DNA from: an uncultured virus (IMG/VR IMGVR_UViG_2061766007_000205)
Lineage: Duplodnaviria; Heunggongvirae; Uroviricota; Caudoviricetes
DNA length: 64,000 bases
Reading direction: 5' to 3' (one strand)
IMG/VR virus record: IMGVR_UViG_2061766007_000205
Shown here: positions 21,413-32,712 of the stretch, piece by piece
Layout: each line of letters begins with the position of its first letter
Position numbering within the stretch: position 1 is the first letter of the stretch
Notes under the pieces: generated by a model
Told to the model about the DNA's origin: nothing
The model's database searches: none
What the model saw: the letters and a program-made list of their open reading frames with translations, nothing else
Position numbers and translations under genes: made by a program

Positions 21413-24400
21413 TACCTTATCAATTCAATTCAATGCAAATGGAACAGAAAAAGCCATAAAGAACATCAAATCTATGGGCTATGCCGTAAGGAACTTGGCA
21501 CAATCCGTGAAGAGTATTGACGCGAATAAGTTATCTGCTTTCACATCTTCAATGGAAACTATCAAGAAGAGTATTCCTACAGAAGCACAGACGGGCAGAA
21601 TGGTTGCTTTCAGCAATGCGGTTAAGGATTTATCGGCTGTTATCGGTTCTGCTAATATAGGTGGCTTTTCAAAGGATATGGCTACGCTTGGCGGCGCGGT
21701 TGAAACATTCAAGCGGTCAAGCGTAAACTCTATCCAAAATGCGGTTACGGCTATGCAGAATCTTGGCACAGCAACACAGCAGACCGCAAGTACCATAGCA
21801 AATGTTACACCTAAAAAGAGTCAGGCTATATCATTTACGGACAGCAAGGCATCGGTAAGTGCATCAAAAGAGATTGTTGCGTCACTTGATAAGGTGGAAG
21901 TCAAGGCAAAAGGTGTAACAAGTATCTTACAGAAAATGGGTATAATTACACCCACAAAACAGTTTAAGACGCTTGAAGAAAGCGCGGAAAAGATACGTCA
22001 GAAGTATGAACAGTTAAGATCAACAATACAGAAAGGTCTTAATGAAGGTTCGATTACATCCGGCGATTCTACATACAAAAAGAAGATGGCAGAACTTGAT
22101 GCCCTTCGTAATAAGTATGATGAACTGATTTTGAAACAGCGCGAGTTAGCACAAGCGGGGGATGCCTTTAAGGTCAATCCTACTTGGGAGAAATCTATAA
22201 GTGCGTTCAAATCAGGCTTTTCATCCGTAACAGGCATTGTCAAAGGCGGTCTGCTTGCGGCTATGAAAGGCGTAAATAATCACGTCAAGTCTTTCACATC
22301 CCGCATAAGAGAAGCAGGATCAGCATTAAAGAAAACGGTATCTGGTGGCAACAACGCTACAAAAATGGCGAAGAAGTTTGCTAATGAATTACTCCGTGTT
22401 TCCAAAATGCTAAAACTTATGATAACCCGTATGGCTTTGCGTAAAGTCATAGCCGAAGTAGGTAACGGGTTCAAGTCATTAGCAATCCATTCAGACGAAT
22501 TTAATAATAGCGTATCGGGCATGATGAACGGTGCAAAGAAGTTAGGTTATTCATTTGCCGCTTTGGTTAGTCCGTTAATTAACGCGCTTGCCCCGGCTAT
22601 TGTTTATGTTATAAATCTGCTTACAAAGTTAGCAAATGTCATACAACAAGTGTTTGCATCTTTAACGGGTGCTACCACTTGGAATAAAGCAAAAGACTTT
22701 ACCGATTCTTGGCGTGACTCTATTGAGGGTGCAGGAAAAGCGGCAAAAGACTTAAAGAAAACCGTTCTTGGCTTTGATGAACTGAATCAGTTACAAGAGA
22801 ATAAAGACTCGTCCGGCGGTGGTTCAGACATAGCAGATATGTTTGAAACCATGAAGATTGACCCGAAGTGGAAAGAGTTTGCGGATTGGCTCAAAGATAT
22901 GTGGAAAATGGGCGATTTCACAGAACTCGGCAAAAAGTTAGGCGAAGGTCTGCGCTCAATATTAGAATCTATTCCGTGGGATAAAATCAGGGCAACATCA
23001 CACAAGTTAGGTGAGAGCCTTGCAACACTGATAAATGGCTTTGTCGAAGTTGAACGTCTAGGATATGACATAGGCTATACCATTGCACAATCCGTAAATA
23101 CTGTATTTGAGTTCCTTAACGGCTTTGTTCATAAGTTACATTGGGATTCTATCGGTAAGTTTATCGGGGAAACGTTCAACGGATTCTTTGAAAACATAGA
23201 TTGGGCGTTAATCAAAGATACCGTTGTAACGGGTATGGCAGGAATAGCCGAAGCCATACAGAACTTTATTGATACATTCCATTGGGATAACATATCGAAC
23301 TTTATCATAAATGCGATTGATACTATTGCATCCGGCATTAAGGCATTTGTCGAAGGTATAGATTGGCTCGATCTTGGTAAGAAGATGGGCGATCAGTTAG
23401 CCAAAGTCATAAGAGGTACGGATTGGCTTGAAGTGGGCGAAGCAATAGGCGATGTCATACAAGCCGGAATAAGTTGGGTATCGGGAGTCCTTGAAACATT
23501 ACCGAGCGTTGAAGAACTTGTCAAAGCCGCAGGAAATGTTATCACAGGATTGTTTAGCAAGGTTGATATGTATGAACTTGGCGCAAACATCGGAAAGATA
23601 CTCACATACATATATAATGCGCTTACTACGTTTTGGGATGAGTACGGCGATACTATTAAAGAAGAAGTTGGAAAATTCTTTAAGGGGTTATGGGATAACA
23701 TAGACAAAACAGCGTTAGCTAAAACACTTGCAACAATATTAGGCGTTGCTACTCTTGCCGGAATCGCTTCTATGGGTTGGACGGCGTTAAAATCATTCGT
23801 TGCCGGTAAAATAACTGCCGCTTTAATGAGTAGTGCAGTTGTTAAAGCTATTGCAGAAAGTGTCACAGCCGCAGGAACAAGCGCAGAAGTTACAGCCGCC
23901 GCAACAGGAGTAGGAACTACAATCGGAACAGCGATTAAAACAGGCATAGTTGGCATTGTAGCGGTAGCGGTTGGGGAGTTAGTTCTTGACATAGGGCAAT
24001 CAATATTTTCTTGGGCTATAACAAAAGGAATGGAAAGTGGCGGTTATTCACAAGCTGAAATTGACCGCACAAAAGAAGATTTGCAATTCCTTGAAGATCG
24101 TTATGATGGATTATCAGGAAAATTGCAGATATTCAAAGATACTTTACATCCCGAAGAACTTGTATTACCTTCCGAAGTTAAACAAAGCTATGAGGATTTA
24201 GGCATTGTAGTCGAAGATTTGCGGTTGCCTGTCATTAAAATGAACGATGAAATTAAGGAGTCACAGAACAGCCTTAATGAAAATGCGGCGGCATATAAAG
24301 GACTTACAAGCGAAATGACAGCGGCAACCCAACAAGCAAAGAACGTTGTCACAGAAGCAAACAACATTTCAAATGCTTATAAAGGTCCGACAGAAGCGGT

Positions 24401-25322
24401 AGAAAAATATAAAAAGCAGACCGAAGAGAGTTCAAAGGTTGTAGGTAATTTTGCAGAAACACATCGTAAGGCAAATGAGGATTGGAACAGAATACATGAC
24501 TCAATAAGTAAAACAACTACTACCGCTACTGAAAATAAAAAAGCACTCGATGACTTGTCAGCTTCTACCAAAACCACTACAACGGATATTCAAGCGTTGG
24601 CAAATTCCATATCTAAAGAGTTTGGTGTTGCGGATGCTGACTTTACAAAAGCCCTTAATGACATGGCAAACGAAACAAGCACGTCATTTCAGAGTATATC
24701 GGATGACAGCAAGAAAGTTACGGTTAACTTGCCAGAAGATATGCAGAAAGCCATTGATGACATTATGAAGTCGCAAACTGATTTGTCAACCAACACGGAC
24801 ACGTCAGTTAAGGACATAATGAAGTATGTTGATGATGGTACAAAGGGTATTAACGATGACCTTGACACTATTAAAAAGGCAATGACTAAAGAGCAATGGA
24901 CTTTTGACGGAGTAGCGGAAGGTCTTACACTCACATTCAAGAAAGCTCGTGAAGGTATAGCGTCTGAATGGAATAAGATAGCCGATAAGTTAAACGGTGA
25001 GCATGAGATCGGCTCGGAAAAGATGAAGATAGACTTGCCGAGGTTTGCCCGTGGGGGATTCCCGGAAGATGGCTTATTTATGGCTAATCATTCAGAACTT
25101 GTCGGGTCGTTCGCAAACGGCAAAACGGCGGTCGCAAACAACGGACAAATCATCGAGGGTATATCAGCCGGGGTTTACAACGCATTTGCAAAGGCGGCAT
25201 CGAGTAATAACGGCGGCAGTAAGTACATATCGAACGAGATCATTGTTGACGGAGAGGTTATCGCAAGGACGGTAACAAAAGCACAGGAAAAACAAAACAG
25301 GCGGTATAGTCCGGCATATTGA
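21399..25322 (+). CDS. Tape measure protein, 1307 aa (copy B)
   Basis: N- and C-termini homologous to copy A; central part not alignable by eye. Confidence 0.9.
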   Translation: MPNIDTLSIQFNANGTEKAIKNIKSMGYAVRNLAQSVKSIDANKLSAFTSSMETIKKSIPTEAQTGRMVAFSNAVKDLSAVIGSANIGGFSKDMATLGGAVETFKRSSVNSIQNAVTAMQNLGTATQQTASTIANVTPKKSQAISFTDSKASVSASKEIVASLDKVEVKAKGVTSILQKMGIITPTKQFKTLEESAEKIRQKYEQLRSTIQKGLNEGSITSGDSTYKKKMAELDALRNKYDELILKQRELAQAGDAFKVNPTWEKSISAFKSGFSSVTGIVKGGLLAAMKGVNNHVKSFTSRIREAGSALKKTVSGGNNATKMAKKFANELLRVSKMLKLMITRMALRKVIAEVGNGFKSLAIHSDEFNNSVSGMMNGAKKLGYSFAALVSPLINALAPAIVYVINLLTKLANVIQQVFASLTGATTWNKAKDFTDSWRDSIEGAGKAAKDLKKTVLGFDELNQLQENKDSSGGGSDIADMFETMKIDPKWKEFADWLKDMWKMGDFTELGKKLGEGLRSILESIPWDKIRATSHKLGESLATLINGFVEVERLGYDIGYTIAQSVNTVFEFLNGFVHKLHWDSIGKFIGETFNGFFENIDWALIKDTVVTGMAGIAEAIQNFIDTFHWDNISNFIINAIDTIASGIKAFVEGIDWLDLGKKMGDQLAKVIRGTDWLEVGEAIGDVIQAGISWVSGVLETLPSVEELVKAAGNVITGLFSKVDMYELGANIGKILTYIYNALTTFWDEYGDTIKEEVGKFFKGLWDNIDKTALAKTLATILGVATLAGIASMGWTALKSFVAGKITAALMSSAVVKAIAESVTAAGTSAEVTAAATGVGTTIGTAIKTGIVGIVAVAVGELVLDIGQSIFSWAITKGMESGGYSQAEIDRTKEDLQFLEDRYDGLSGKLQIFKDTLHPEELVLPSEVKQSYEDLGIVVEDLRLPVIKMNDEIKESQNSLNENAAAYKGLTSEMTAATQQAKNVVTEANNISNAYKGPTEAVEKYKKQTEESSKVVGNFAETHRKANEDWNRIHDSISKTTTTATENKKALDDLSASTKTTTTDIQALANSISKEFGVADADFTKALNDMANETSTSFQSISDDSKKVTVNLPEDMQKAIDDIMKSQTDLSTNTDTSVKDIMKYVDDGTKGINDDLDTIKKAMTKEQWTFDGVAEGLTLTFKKAREGIASEWNKIADKLNGEHEIGSEKMKIDLPRFARGGFPEDGLFMANHSELVGSFANGKTAVANNGQIIEGISAGVYNAFAKAASSNNGGSKYISNEIIVDGEVIARTVTKAQEKQNRRYSPAY

Positions 25323-25359
25323 GGATGGCAATAGTCATCCTCTTTTTACGAGGTAAGAA

Positions 25360-25731
25360 ATGGCAAGAACAAAATACCCATTCAAAGTAAATAACGTGGA
25401 TATGCCTTGTCCGAGTAAGTTTGAAATCAGTTATCAGGATGTATCGGCGGCAGATTCAGGGCGTGTCGAAAGTGCTTTGATGTATAAAAACCGTGTAGCG
25501 CAGAAGGTCAAGATAAGCCTTGAATGGTTAGGTGTATCGGATGCAAATGCGGCAACTATCTTAACGGCGTTTGATCCTGAATATGTGGATGTAACATTCC
25601 ATGACGCAAAGACAAACGCGGTGACAACAAAGAACTTTTACACGGGCGATAGAAAAGGCGCAACGTATTGGTGGAACGATGACGGGGATTTTACCTTTTC
25701 GAGCATAGCATTTGACATAATCGAGAGATAG
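25360..25731 (+). CDS. Distal tail protein-like (copy B)
   Basis: Homolog of 16031-16402. Confidence 0.7.
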   Translation: MARTKYPFKVNNVDMPCPSKFEISYQDVSAADSGRVESALMYKNRVAQKVKISLEWLGVSDANAATILTAFDPEYVDVTFHDAKTNAVTTKNFYTGDRKGATYWWNDDGDFTFSSIAFDIIER

Positions 25732-25732
25732 C

Positions 25733-28060
25733 ATGAAAAGTACAACACAAGGTTTCAAAGACATATTAGCAAGCGGTCAGGCGAGAAAGTACGTTATCAA
25801 GATAGACCTTACACTTGCGGATAACACCGTTCTGCATTTGACCGAAGCTGATATATGGGAAGATTCATTTGCCATTGAAACAGCATCAAGCGGCACTTCT
25901 ACGTTTGACATCGGAAGTGCGGTTATCGGCAAGTGCAAGTTTACCATCAACAACATAGACGGAGATTTTGACAACTACGACTTCTTTAATGCAAGTGCGG
26001 TTGTATGGCTTGGGTTAGTGGGCGATACGGTAAACGATCAGCAACAGTATTACCGTATGGGATTCTACACGGTGGACGAGCCGACAAAAGCAAACGGTCT
26101 TATAAGCCTTGAACTTCTCGATAATATGTGGAAGTTTGATGTGCCGTTTTCAAGTGTCAATATCACATATCCGACTACAATAAGAACGATCATACAAGCG
26201 ATATGTTCATATTGCGGTGTTAGTCTGGCAGGAACATCACAGACATTTAACGGGTACAACTTTACTATATCTGAAGCACCCGATGTCAAGGATGATATGA
26301 ATTGTCGTGAGGTATTACAGTATCTTGCGATGATAGGTTGTAACTTCTGCCTTATTGATCCGAGTGGTTATCTTGTCATAAGGTGGTATGACGTAAACGC
26401 AACCGCTTCAACAACAAACGTATTCGAGTGGAACGCTTCAACATCATTCGGTACGGAAGATATTGAAATCACGGGCGTTAAGTTTGTCATAGACGATACG
26501 GAGTACAAACTTGGCACAGATGGATATGTACTTGAGCTTGAAAATCCGTTTGTCAATGCGTCAAACGTATCATCTGTACTTAATCTGATATGGAAAACCG
26601 GGTATCTCCAAAACTTCACGTTGCGGATATTCAACATGACAACCGCAAGCGATTTGGCGGCTGAAATAGGCGATAAAGTAAAAGTAATGGACTACAAGGG
26701 TAATTATGTTTATTCATGGATAACCCTTAATTCATTCAAATTAGCGTCACATATAATACAATGTAATGCTCAATCTCCGCAAAGAACGCTTGTTAAGAGG
26801 TATTCAAAAGAGGTCAGGGCGGCGGTAGAGGTCGCAAGACAGGCGGCAGACGAGGTTATATCAAACTATGATTTAGCCGTACAAATGATGAATAGCCTTG
26901 CGGTTAATGCAATGGGCGGTTACGAGGAATACGAAGATTTAGGAACGGGCGGTAGAGTTTGGTATTTATCGAACATGCCGATAACGAAAGACCCCGTTAC
27001 GGGAATTTGCAGTTTTCAGCCAAATTCTACGGTTTACAAGAAGTCGGGTAGCGGATTCTTTGTTAGCCGTGACGGTGGTACTACATGGGTTAACGGATAT
27101 AACACGCAGACGGGCGAACTTGTTGTTAATGTCCTTGACGCAATCGGCATTAACTTTGATTGGGCGAGAGGTGGTACGTTAACGCTTGGTGGTTACGGAA
27201 ACGGCAACGGTATTCTTTCAATCCTCAATGCAACGAATGTAGAAAAAGTGCGTGGGGATAACACGGGTATCATCATCGGTAGTACAACGGGTAGCAAAAT
27301 GCACCTTACTACAAGCGGTGAGATTGACTACTACTATGATAACGCTTATGGCGGTAGGGTTCGCATGGACGCTATCAACTATGGCACGCAAGAAGAACCC
27401 GATTTAAGAGATACATTCCTTATTGACGAGTTTAACGATATTGAGATTATATCGGATAACTCAAAAGCCTATATACACCTATCTACCGATAGTGAAGAAG
27501 ATACGGGCAACATACAAATCGAAACCGAAGATGGCGATATTTCATTAACAGCCTATGACCACACGGGCGAACATGAATTTATAGAAAGCAATATAACGCT
27601 ATCGGGCGAAGGAATACATCTTAACGGTGGTGCGATATATGTTTCGGGAAATCAAGGTTATGACGGAACACAAGGCTACCCCGTATATGTTGACCCACAA
27701 TTCTATACGCATGAATTAGAGTTCACAAACGGTATTGTTACGGGATATGACCACAACTATACACCGCATGAAGTACCTAATTGTCAATGGCACTCATGGC
27801 AATCGGGTGGAACAACTTATGTTGCAATCATTTTAGGTGTAGGAGTGACACAAGCAATATTTCCCGATTTAGACAGTGACGATTCCATATCATATGAGCC
27901 ACATATAAAGTGTGCAAGCGGTCAATCAGCACCAAAGATTACAGATATGGTACGGACGGGCAATTCAATTACGGTTACATTCACAGCCGTAACACAAGCG
28001 CAAGCAGGTAGCGGTTCAACGTCTGAATGTGTAATTAAGTTATTAAGGATAAAGGGGTAA
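25733..28060 (+). CDS. Tail tip/baseplate hub protein (copy B)
   Basis: 775 aa after the Dit-like gene; FDIGSAVIG, SRDGGTTW, GINFDWARGGTLTLGG. Confidence 0.7.
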   Translation: MKSTTQGFKDILASGQARKYVIKIDLTLADNTVLHLTEADIWEDSFAIETASSGTSTFDIGSAVIGKCKFTINNIDGDFDNYDFFNASAVVWLGLVGDTVNDQQQYYRMGFYTVDEPTKANGLISLELLDNMWKFDVPFSSVNITYPTTIRTIIQAICSYCGVSLAGTSQTFNGYNFTISEAPDVKDDMNCREVLQYLAMIGCNFCLIDPSGYLVIRWYDVNATASTTNVFEWNASTSFGTEDIEITGVKFVIDDTEYKLGTDGYVLELENPFVNASNVSSVLNLIWKTGYLQNFTLRIFNMTTASDLAAEIGDKVKVMDYKGNYVYSWITLNSFKLASHIIQCNAQSPQRTLVKRYSKEVRAAVEVARQAADEVISNYDLAVQMMNSLAVNAMGGYEEYEDLGTGGRVWYLSNMPITKDPVTGICSFQPNSTVYKKSGSGFFVSRDGGTTWVNGYNTQTGELVVNVLDAIGINFDWARGGTLTLGGYGNGNGILSILNATNVEKVRGDNTGIIIGSTTGSKMHLTTSGEIDYYYDNAYGGRVRMDAINYGTQEEPDLRDTFLIDEFNDIEIISDNSKAYIHLSTDSEEDTGNIQIETEDGDISLTAYDHTGEHEFIESNITLSGEGIHLNGGAIYVSGNQGYDGTQGYPVYVDPQFYTHELEFTNGIVTGYDHNYTPHEVPNCQWHSWQSGGTTYVAIILGVGVTQAIFPDLDSDDSISYEPHIKCASGQSAPKITDMVRTGNSITVTFTAVTQAQAGSGSTSECVIKLLRIKG

Positions 28061-28063
28061 GCT

Positions 28064-28198
28064 ATGGCTTTTATGAAAATGTTATGGAAGACAAAAATAG
28101 CCGATTTAACCGCAAATGTTAGAGTGCGTATTTTATCGCAACATCAGGCAACAATGAGCGCAAGTGTAACCGTTACTATTCGTAATCACGTTGATTAG
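28064..28198 (+). CDS. 44-aa hypothetical protein
   Basis: AAGGGG SD; fills the intergenic space; below ORF-track cutoff. Confidence 0.45.
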   Translation: MAFMKMLWKTKIADLTANVRVRILSQHQATMSASVTVTIRNHVD

Positions 28199-28209
28199 AA
28201 GGAATCTAA

Positions 28210-28533
28210 ATGGCTAAAGTAGATTTTTCAAACGCAATAATTGAAATGAATAATTCTCATACATGGGATTATCAAAACATGGGATTTGATTCGGTTCAAA
28301 ACTTATATGATTCTGAAGGAAATCAATTAACATCAAATGTGTCCAGAACAATGGTTATAAACACACCCGACAAAAGAGCGTGGGTATACGCTGGAACATT
28401 CATCGCAAGTGGAACAGAAGCATACTTTTGTGTTGTTAATACAACCGATAAAGATTGGAAAATATCAAATATATCTTTTTCATCGGGAGATATATATAGT
28501 TTCGAAGTAGAAGTTTCGCTTTCGGGAAATTAA
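28210..28533 (+). CDS. Small beta-rich virion-type protein (paralog 1)
   Basis: Shares GTFxASGTE and WxISNxSFSSGD with the next ORF. Confidence 0.6.
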   Translation: MAKVDFSNAIIEMNNSHTWDYQNMGFDSVQNLYDSEGNQLTSNVSRTMVINTPDKRAWVYAGTFIASGTEAYFCVVNTTDKDWKISNISFSSGDIYSFEVEVSLSGN

Positions 28534-28546
28534 AAGGGGTAGTTAA

Positions 28547-28867
28547 ATGGCACAATTAGATTTATCGAATGCCCATATTAGTGTGGCAAATATATCACCT
28601 CTTGAAAATGCTAACCTATCACTTAATCAATCTTGGAACTTTCGTAATGCTTCAAAAGTACAAATTTCGAATGGTAATGGGTCGCAAGCATCAAGAGATA
28701 AGGACGGTATTCTTTTAAGATATTACGGAACATTCACCGCAAGTGGAACAGAGTTTTATTTATTTAGTAATAATTCCTATGGTAACCATTGGAGAATTTC
28801 AAACGTATCTTTTTCAAGTGGTGACACCTACGACTTTACAATAGCCGCAAACTTGACTTGTAATTAG
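28547..28867 (+). CDS. Small beta-rich virion-type protein (paralog 2)
   Basis: Tandem paralog of 28210-28533 with no gap between them. Confidence 0.6.
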   Translation: MAQLDLSNAHISVANISPLENANLSLNQSWNFRNASKVQISNGNGSQASRDKDGILLRYYGTFTASGTEFYLFSNNSYGNHWRISNVSFSSGDTYDFTIAANLTCN

Positions 28868-28896
28868 AATTATTTAGAAAGGAGCAAACAAATATC

Positions 28897-29223
28897 ATGG
28901 CAATCATACGGGGAACTACACCCACCCTAACCTTTCACATCAAGAATAATCAGATTGATCTAAACGAAGTGGCGCAAGTTTGGATCACTTTCAAAACCAA
29001 AGCAGGGGTGAAGGTAGTAGAGCAGACTTATGACCGGGAAGATGTGACTATTGACACAGAAGAGCATACGATAGAACTTTTCTTGTCGCAGGAAGATACT
29101 CTTGCGCTTACGGATAAAACAATGCTTTTGCAAATGCGTATGAGATTAAACAATGATCTTGCGTATGCTTCGAGCATTTCAGAGGTCGAGATTGGACAGA
29201 TTCTAAAGGATGGTGTTATATGA
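28897..29223 (+). CDS. Baseplate upper protein (BppU N-terminal-like)
   Basis: IIRGTTP...LSQEDTL...ILKDGVI; homolog at 39692. Confidence 0.55.
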   Translation: MAIIRGTTPTLTFHIKNNQIDLNEVAQVWITFKTKAGVKVVEQTYDREDVTIDTEEHTIELFLSQEDTLALTDKTMLLQMRMRLNNDLAYASSISEVEIGQILKDGVI

Positions 29224-29516
29224 GTCAATGGGTAAAAGATGGGGTACTTCATGTTGATGTAGATATAGGCATTGATTCGCCTACAATAGACGTTGAAGTT
29301 GATGATAGTTTTTCACTCGATATAGAACTTGTGGGCGGCGGTAGTGGTAGACTTCCATATTACACCGGGGGATATGAAGTTGATCCGCGCAAGGTCGAGC
29401 AAACACTTGAAACAAAGAACAAAAGTATGAAAGAGGATGTCATAGTACATCCTATTTTTTATGCTGAAACAAGCAATTTAAGCGGTGGATTAACCGCAGT
29501 AATAGGGTTGGAATAG
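29220..29516 (+). CDS. Tail fibre-associated protein
   Basis: YTGGYEVDP...QTLETKNK; homolog at 40009. Confidence 0.55.
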   Translation: MSQWVKDGVLHVDVDIGIDSPTIDVEVDDSFSLDIELVGGGSGRLPYYTGGYEVDPRKVEQTLETKNKSMKEDVIVHPIFYAETSNLSGGLTAVIGLE

Positions 29517-29530
29517 AAAGGAGTATAAAA

Positions 29531-30145
29531 ATGGCAAACAATCCGTATGTAAACAAAGTGGTATTTGGTAACACAACTGTAATGGATATTTCCGACACTA
29601 CCGCAGACCCTTCAAAGGTGCTGGCGAGTGAAAAGTTTTACGATCGTTCAGGTGCGCCGCAGACAGGTGCTTGTACCTTTGATGCCGATACGTCAGACGC
29701 AGACGCTACGGCGGCAGAGATACTTTTGAACAAGACCGCCTATGTCAACGGTAACAAGTTGACAGGTTCAATGCCGAACAGGGGAGCGGTTACGCTTACC
29801 ATTGATGATATAAACGATGAGCTTGCAATTCAGAACGGCTACCATGACGGAAGCGGGGTCGCTAAACTCGACTCGTCAGAAAAATCGAAGATAATTGCCG
29901 AGAACATAAAAAAAGACATCACAATATTAGGGGTCACGGGAAGTTACGAAGGATCAGCAACACCTACTTCGGTTGCAAAGACGGTTACACCTTATACCAC
30001 ATCTAAAACATACTTACCCGGTGACGAAAGTACACCCGTTGATTATTATTCACAGGTAACGGTTAATGCGATAAGTTATACGGAAACAGATAATCAACAG
30101 GGCGGGGTCACTGTGACTATTGGAGCAATCGACCCTAACCCGTAA
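29531..30145 (+). CDS. Tail fibre-type protein
   Basis: VNKVVFG, AYVNGNKLTGSM, GYHDGSG, NIKKDITILGVTG repeats. Confidence 0.65.
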   Translation: MANNPYVNKVVFGNTTVMDISDTTADPSKVLASEKFYDRSGAPQTGACTFDADTSDADATAAEILLNKTAYVNGNKLTGSMPNRGAVTLTIDDINDELAIQNGYHDGSGVAKLDSSEKSKIIAENIKKDITILGVTGSYEGSATPTSVAKTVTPYTTSKTYLPGDESTPVDYYSQVTVNAISYTETDNQQGGVTVTIGAIDPNP

Positions 30146-30223
30146 GGGTGTTTTGACATTTTGAAATATTTTTGTTAAGGGTGGCACAAGGTCACTCTAT
30201 TTTTACGCATTAAAGGAGTTATT

Positions 30224-31180
30224 ATGGCGAACAATCCTTATGTAAATAAAGTGGTATATGGGAACAGTACCGTCATGGACATTTCTGATACCGATACACA
30301 GGAGTCCGATGTAGCAAACGGAAAGGTGTTCTACAAAGGAACAGGGGCAAGGTCGGTAGGTACGGCAAACCTCGACAGTGCGGTATGGGGCAACATCACA
30401 GGAACATTGTCAAACCAAACAGACTTGCAGAATGCTTTAGATGCGAAAATGTCATATGCGGATAACGGTGTGCTTGGGGCGAAGAATTTGTTACCTAATA
30501 CCGCAAGTACGCAGACTATTAACGGTGTCACATTTACTGTTAATTCAGACGGTTCAGTTAATGCTAATGGTACGGCAACTAATAATACCGCTTTTCCATT
30601 AAACTTAAATGTAACTGATCTGATTATTGGTGAGTCTTATATATGGTCGGGATGTCCTAGTGGTGGTGGTGATATTACATATCAGATCAGAATAGGAAAA
30701 AAATCAAGTGCTTCTGATACTTGGGGAACAAAAATAGGTATGGATTCGGGTAATGGTTTGCAAATAACTATACCACAAAATGATTACGGTTTTGTTGTTC
30801 ATATTTACATAGCAAACGGACAGACCGTAAACAATCTTACGTTTTATCCTATGCTCCGTCTTGCATCAGACCCCGATGATACTTATGCTCCGTATGCTAT
30901 GACAAACAAAGAGTTGACGGATAGCAAAGCAAACACAAGTGATCTTGACGGATGGACAGCAACATCACAAGTGGCAAATGGCGAGGTTTCATTTAGCGGT
31001 CTTGACGATACGCAAGGTTGGGGATATTTCCCTTGTTTTTGGGTAGATGGAAATTCAACAAACTTAAATCCCGTTGCCACGATTAAAACAATAACGGGCG
31101 CAGGAACAGCAAGCATGAGCGTTACATACGAAACAGATGCCGATAATGGCGCAAGTTGTAAGTTGAGAATTGAAAAATAA
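30224..31180 (+). CDS. Tail fibre/receptor-binding protein with carbohydrate-binding-like module
   Basis: WGNITGTLSNQTDL and GAKNLL...PMLRLASDPDDTY module. Confidence 0.65.
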   Translation: MANNPYVNKVVYGNSTVMDISDTDTQESDVANGKVFYKGTGARSVGTANLDSAVWGNITGTLSNQTDLQNALDAKMSYADNGVLGAKNLLPNTASTQTINGVTFTVNSDGSVNANGTATNNTAFPLNLNVTDLIIGESYIWSGCPSGGGDITYQIRIGKKSSASDTWGTKIGMDSGNGLQITIPQNDYGFVVHIYIANGQTVNNLTFYPMLRLASDPDDTYAPYAMTNKELTDSKANTSDLDGWTATSQVANGEVSFSGLDDTQGWGYFPCFWVDGNSTNLNPVATIKTITGAGTASMSVTYETDADNGASCKLRIEK

Positions 31181-31203
31181 AGTAAACGAAGGGAGAAGAA
31201 AAG

Positions 31204-31446
31204 ATGATTTACGCAATAGTATTCACAGCAAAATCTAAAGAAAGCGGAGAATGGGCGAGCCGTGTTTCGGGTACAAAAGCAAGTTTATCCGAAGCAAAGG
31301 CTTTTTTTCATTCAGAATGTGCAAGGCTTATCGGCAATGCAGGATTTTCAGAGTCTATGGTTATGCTGATTGATTCTTACGGCAACAGAGTTATGTATGA
31401 CAGTTATTTTGAGCTTACACCCGAACCGAACGAAAGTGAGGAATAA
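31204..31446 (+). CDS. Hypothetical protein
   Basis: GGGAG SD; within the structural operon. Confidence 0.55.
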   Translation: MIYAIVFTAKSKESGEWASRVSGTKASLSEAKAFFHSECARLIGNAGFSESMVMLIDSYGNRVMYDSYFELTPEPNESEE

Positions 31447-31448
31447 TT

Positions 31449-31913
31449 ATGTGGGTTGATGGCAAAAGTGATGGGAGTGGAGATATTTCTACCGTTGTGA
31501 TAAATGAATTACCACTAATATCAACAACACCGAGAACATTTGAATGCACAAAAGCCTATTTTACGATAGGAACTGAAGCGAGTTATTCTCAATATTGCAT
31601 TGGATATGTTGAGGATGGAGAACTAACGGTATTATACAATTATAGTAAGCGCCATATTATATCCTACACAAACGGAGTGTTGAGCATAGCGGCTAATCAA
31701 GCATTAACAACCGCAAATGGTTATTTGAAAATAATGTATTCCACAGACAAAGGACAAAGTGGTGGGTTAGCAGAGGCATTTCATAAGCATACGTCAACAC
31801 TTGGCAGTAGTTGGAATACGGGAGCAAAACTTGATGATGCTAAAGTTATTATTGCATATTCAGATTCATACGCAAGAATGTTTCATGCTATAAATGACAA
31901 CGGCAACCTTCTT
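31449..31913 (+). CDS. Hypothetical beta-rich protein (runs into gap)
   Basis: GAGG SD; open until the N gap. Confidence 0.5.
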
Positions 31914-31997
31914 NNNNNNNNNNNNNNNNNNNNNNNNNNNNNNNNNNNNNNNNNNNNNNNNNNNNCTGTTACAACAGGTAATTTGAGAGTTAAAAAA

Positions 31998-32406
31998 ATG
32001 AGCAATAAGTTTTTAATAACACGTTTTGTCCGATGGATAAAACATACAAAAGAAAAGCGTCATAGCAAAGTAAGAGCCTTGTTTTATAAGGCTCTTTTAC
32101 TTTGCATTGAAGTATATGCAATNNNNNNNNNNGAGAAGTAAAGTGAGAGCCTTGTTTTATAAGGCTCTTTTACTTTGCATTGAAGTATATGCAATGGCTA
32201 TGTTGGGGATGTCTTACTACTTGGCATATTTGGGAAGGGATGTAGTGTTAGAGGAACTTTCAAAAACGCTCGTCAAGACTATAATTTATCCTTTTGTAGC
32301 CTTTACGATCAATCGAACAGTTGAAAACTTTGCAGAACATAATATGTCATCGTTTCACAAACCATTAAGTGAAACACCCATTGAAGAAAGCGAGGATAGT
32401 TTATGA
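31998..32406 (+). CDS. Two-TM membrane protein preceding holin (two overlapping fragments)
   Basis: Hydrophobic segments; intact homolog at 37393-37725. Confidence 0.6.
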
Positions 32407-32708
32407 ACACAGAACTTATAACAAAGTTGGTTGAAGCGATTGTGACGGTGGTAATTGTCTTAATATCAGCCTATGTGATTCCGTGGCTTAAAGGCAAGAT
32501 CGGGGATGACAAATACGCTTTGATAGTCGAGTTTGCCGATATCGTTGTAAGGTCGGCAGAAAAACTATATACCCCCGAAGAATACGCACAGAAGAAAAGA
32601 TATGCCGTTGAAATGGTGCAGAAGAAAGCGGAAGAAATCGGCATAACAATAACCGCAGACGAGATTAACGCAATAATTGAAGGTGCGGTACAAGCTATTA
32701 AGGGGTGA
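32403..32708 (+). CDS. Holin, LL-H-like
   Basis: N-terminal TM, VIPWLK, VRSAEK, AIIEGAV; precedes endolysin. Confidence 0.75.
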   Translation: MNTELITKLVEAIVTVVIVLISAYVIPWLKGKIGDDKYALIVEFADIVVRSAEKLYTPEEYAQKKRYAVEMVQKKAEEIGITITADEINAIIEGAVQAIKG

Positions 32709-32712
32709 TCCT

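Noticed and set aside
12239..24940. Many minus-strand ORFs opposite tail genes
   Set aside because: Shadow ORFs antisense to well-supported genes, without SD or recognisable motifs
8632..28060. True tandem duplication of the tail module or a two-tailed phage
   Set aside because: Copies switch at 10-N gaps amid scrambled fragments; better explained by co-assembled genotypes
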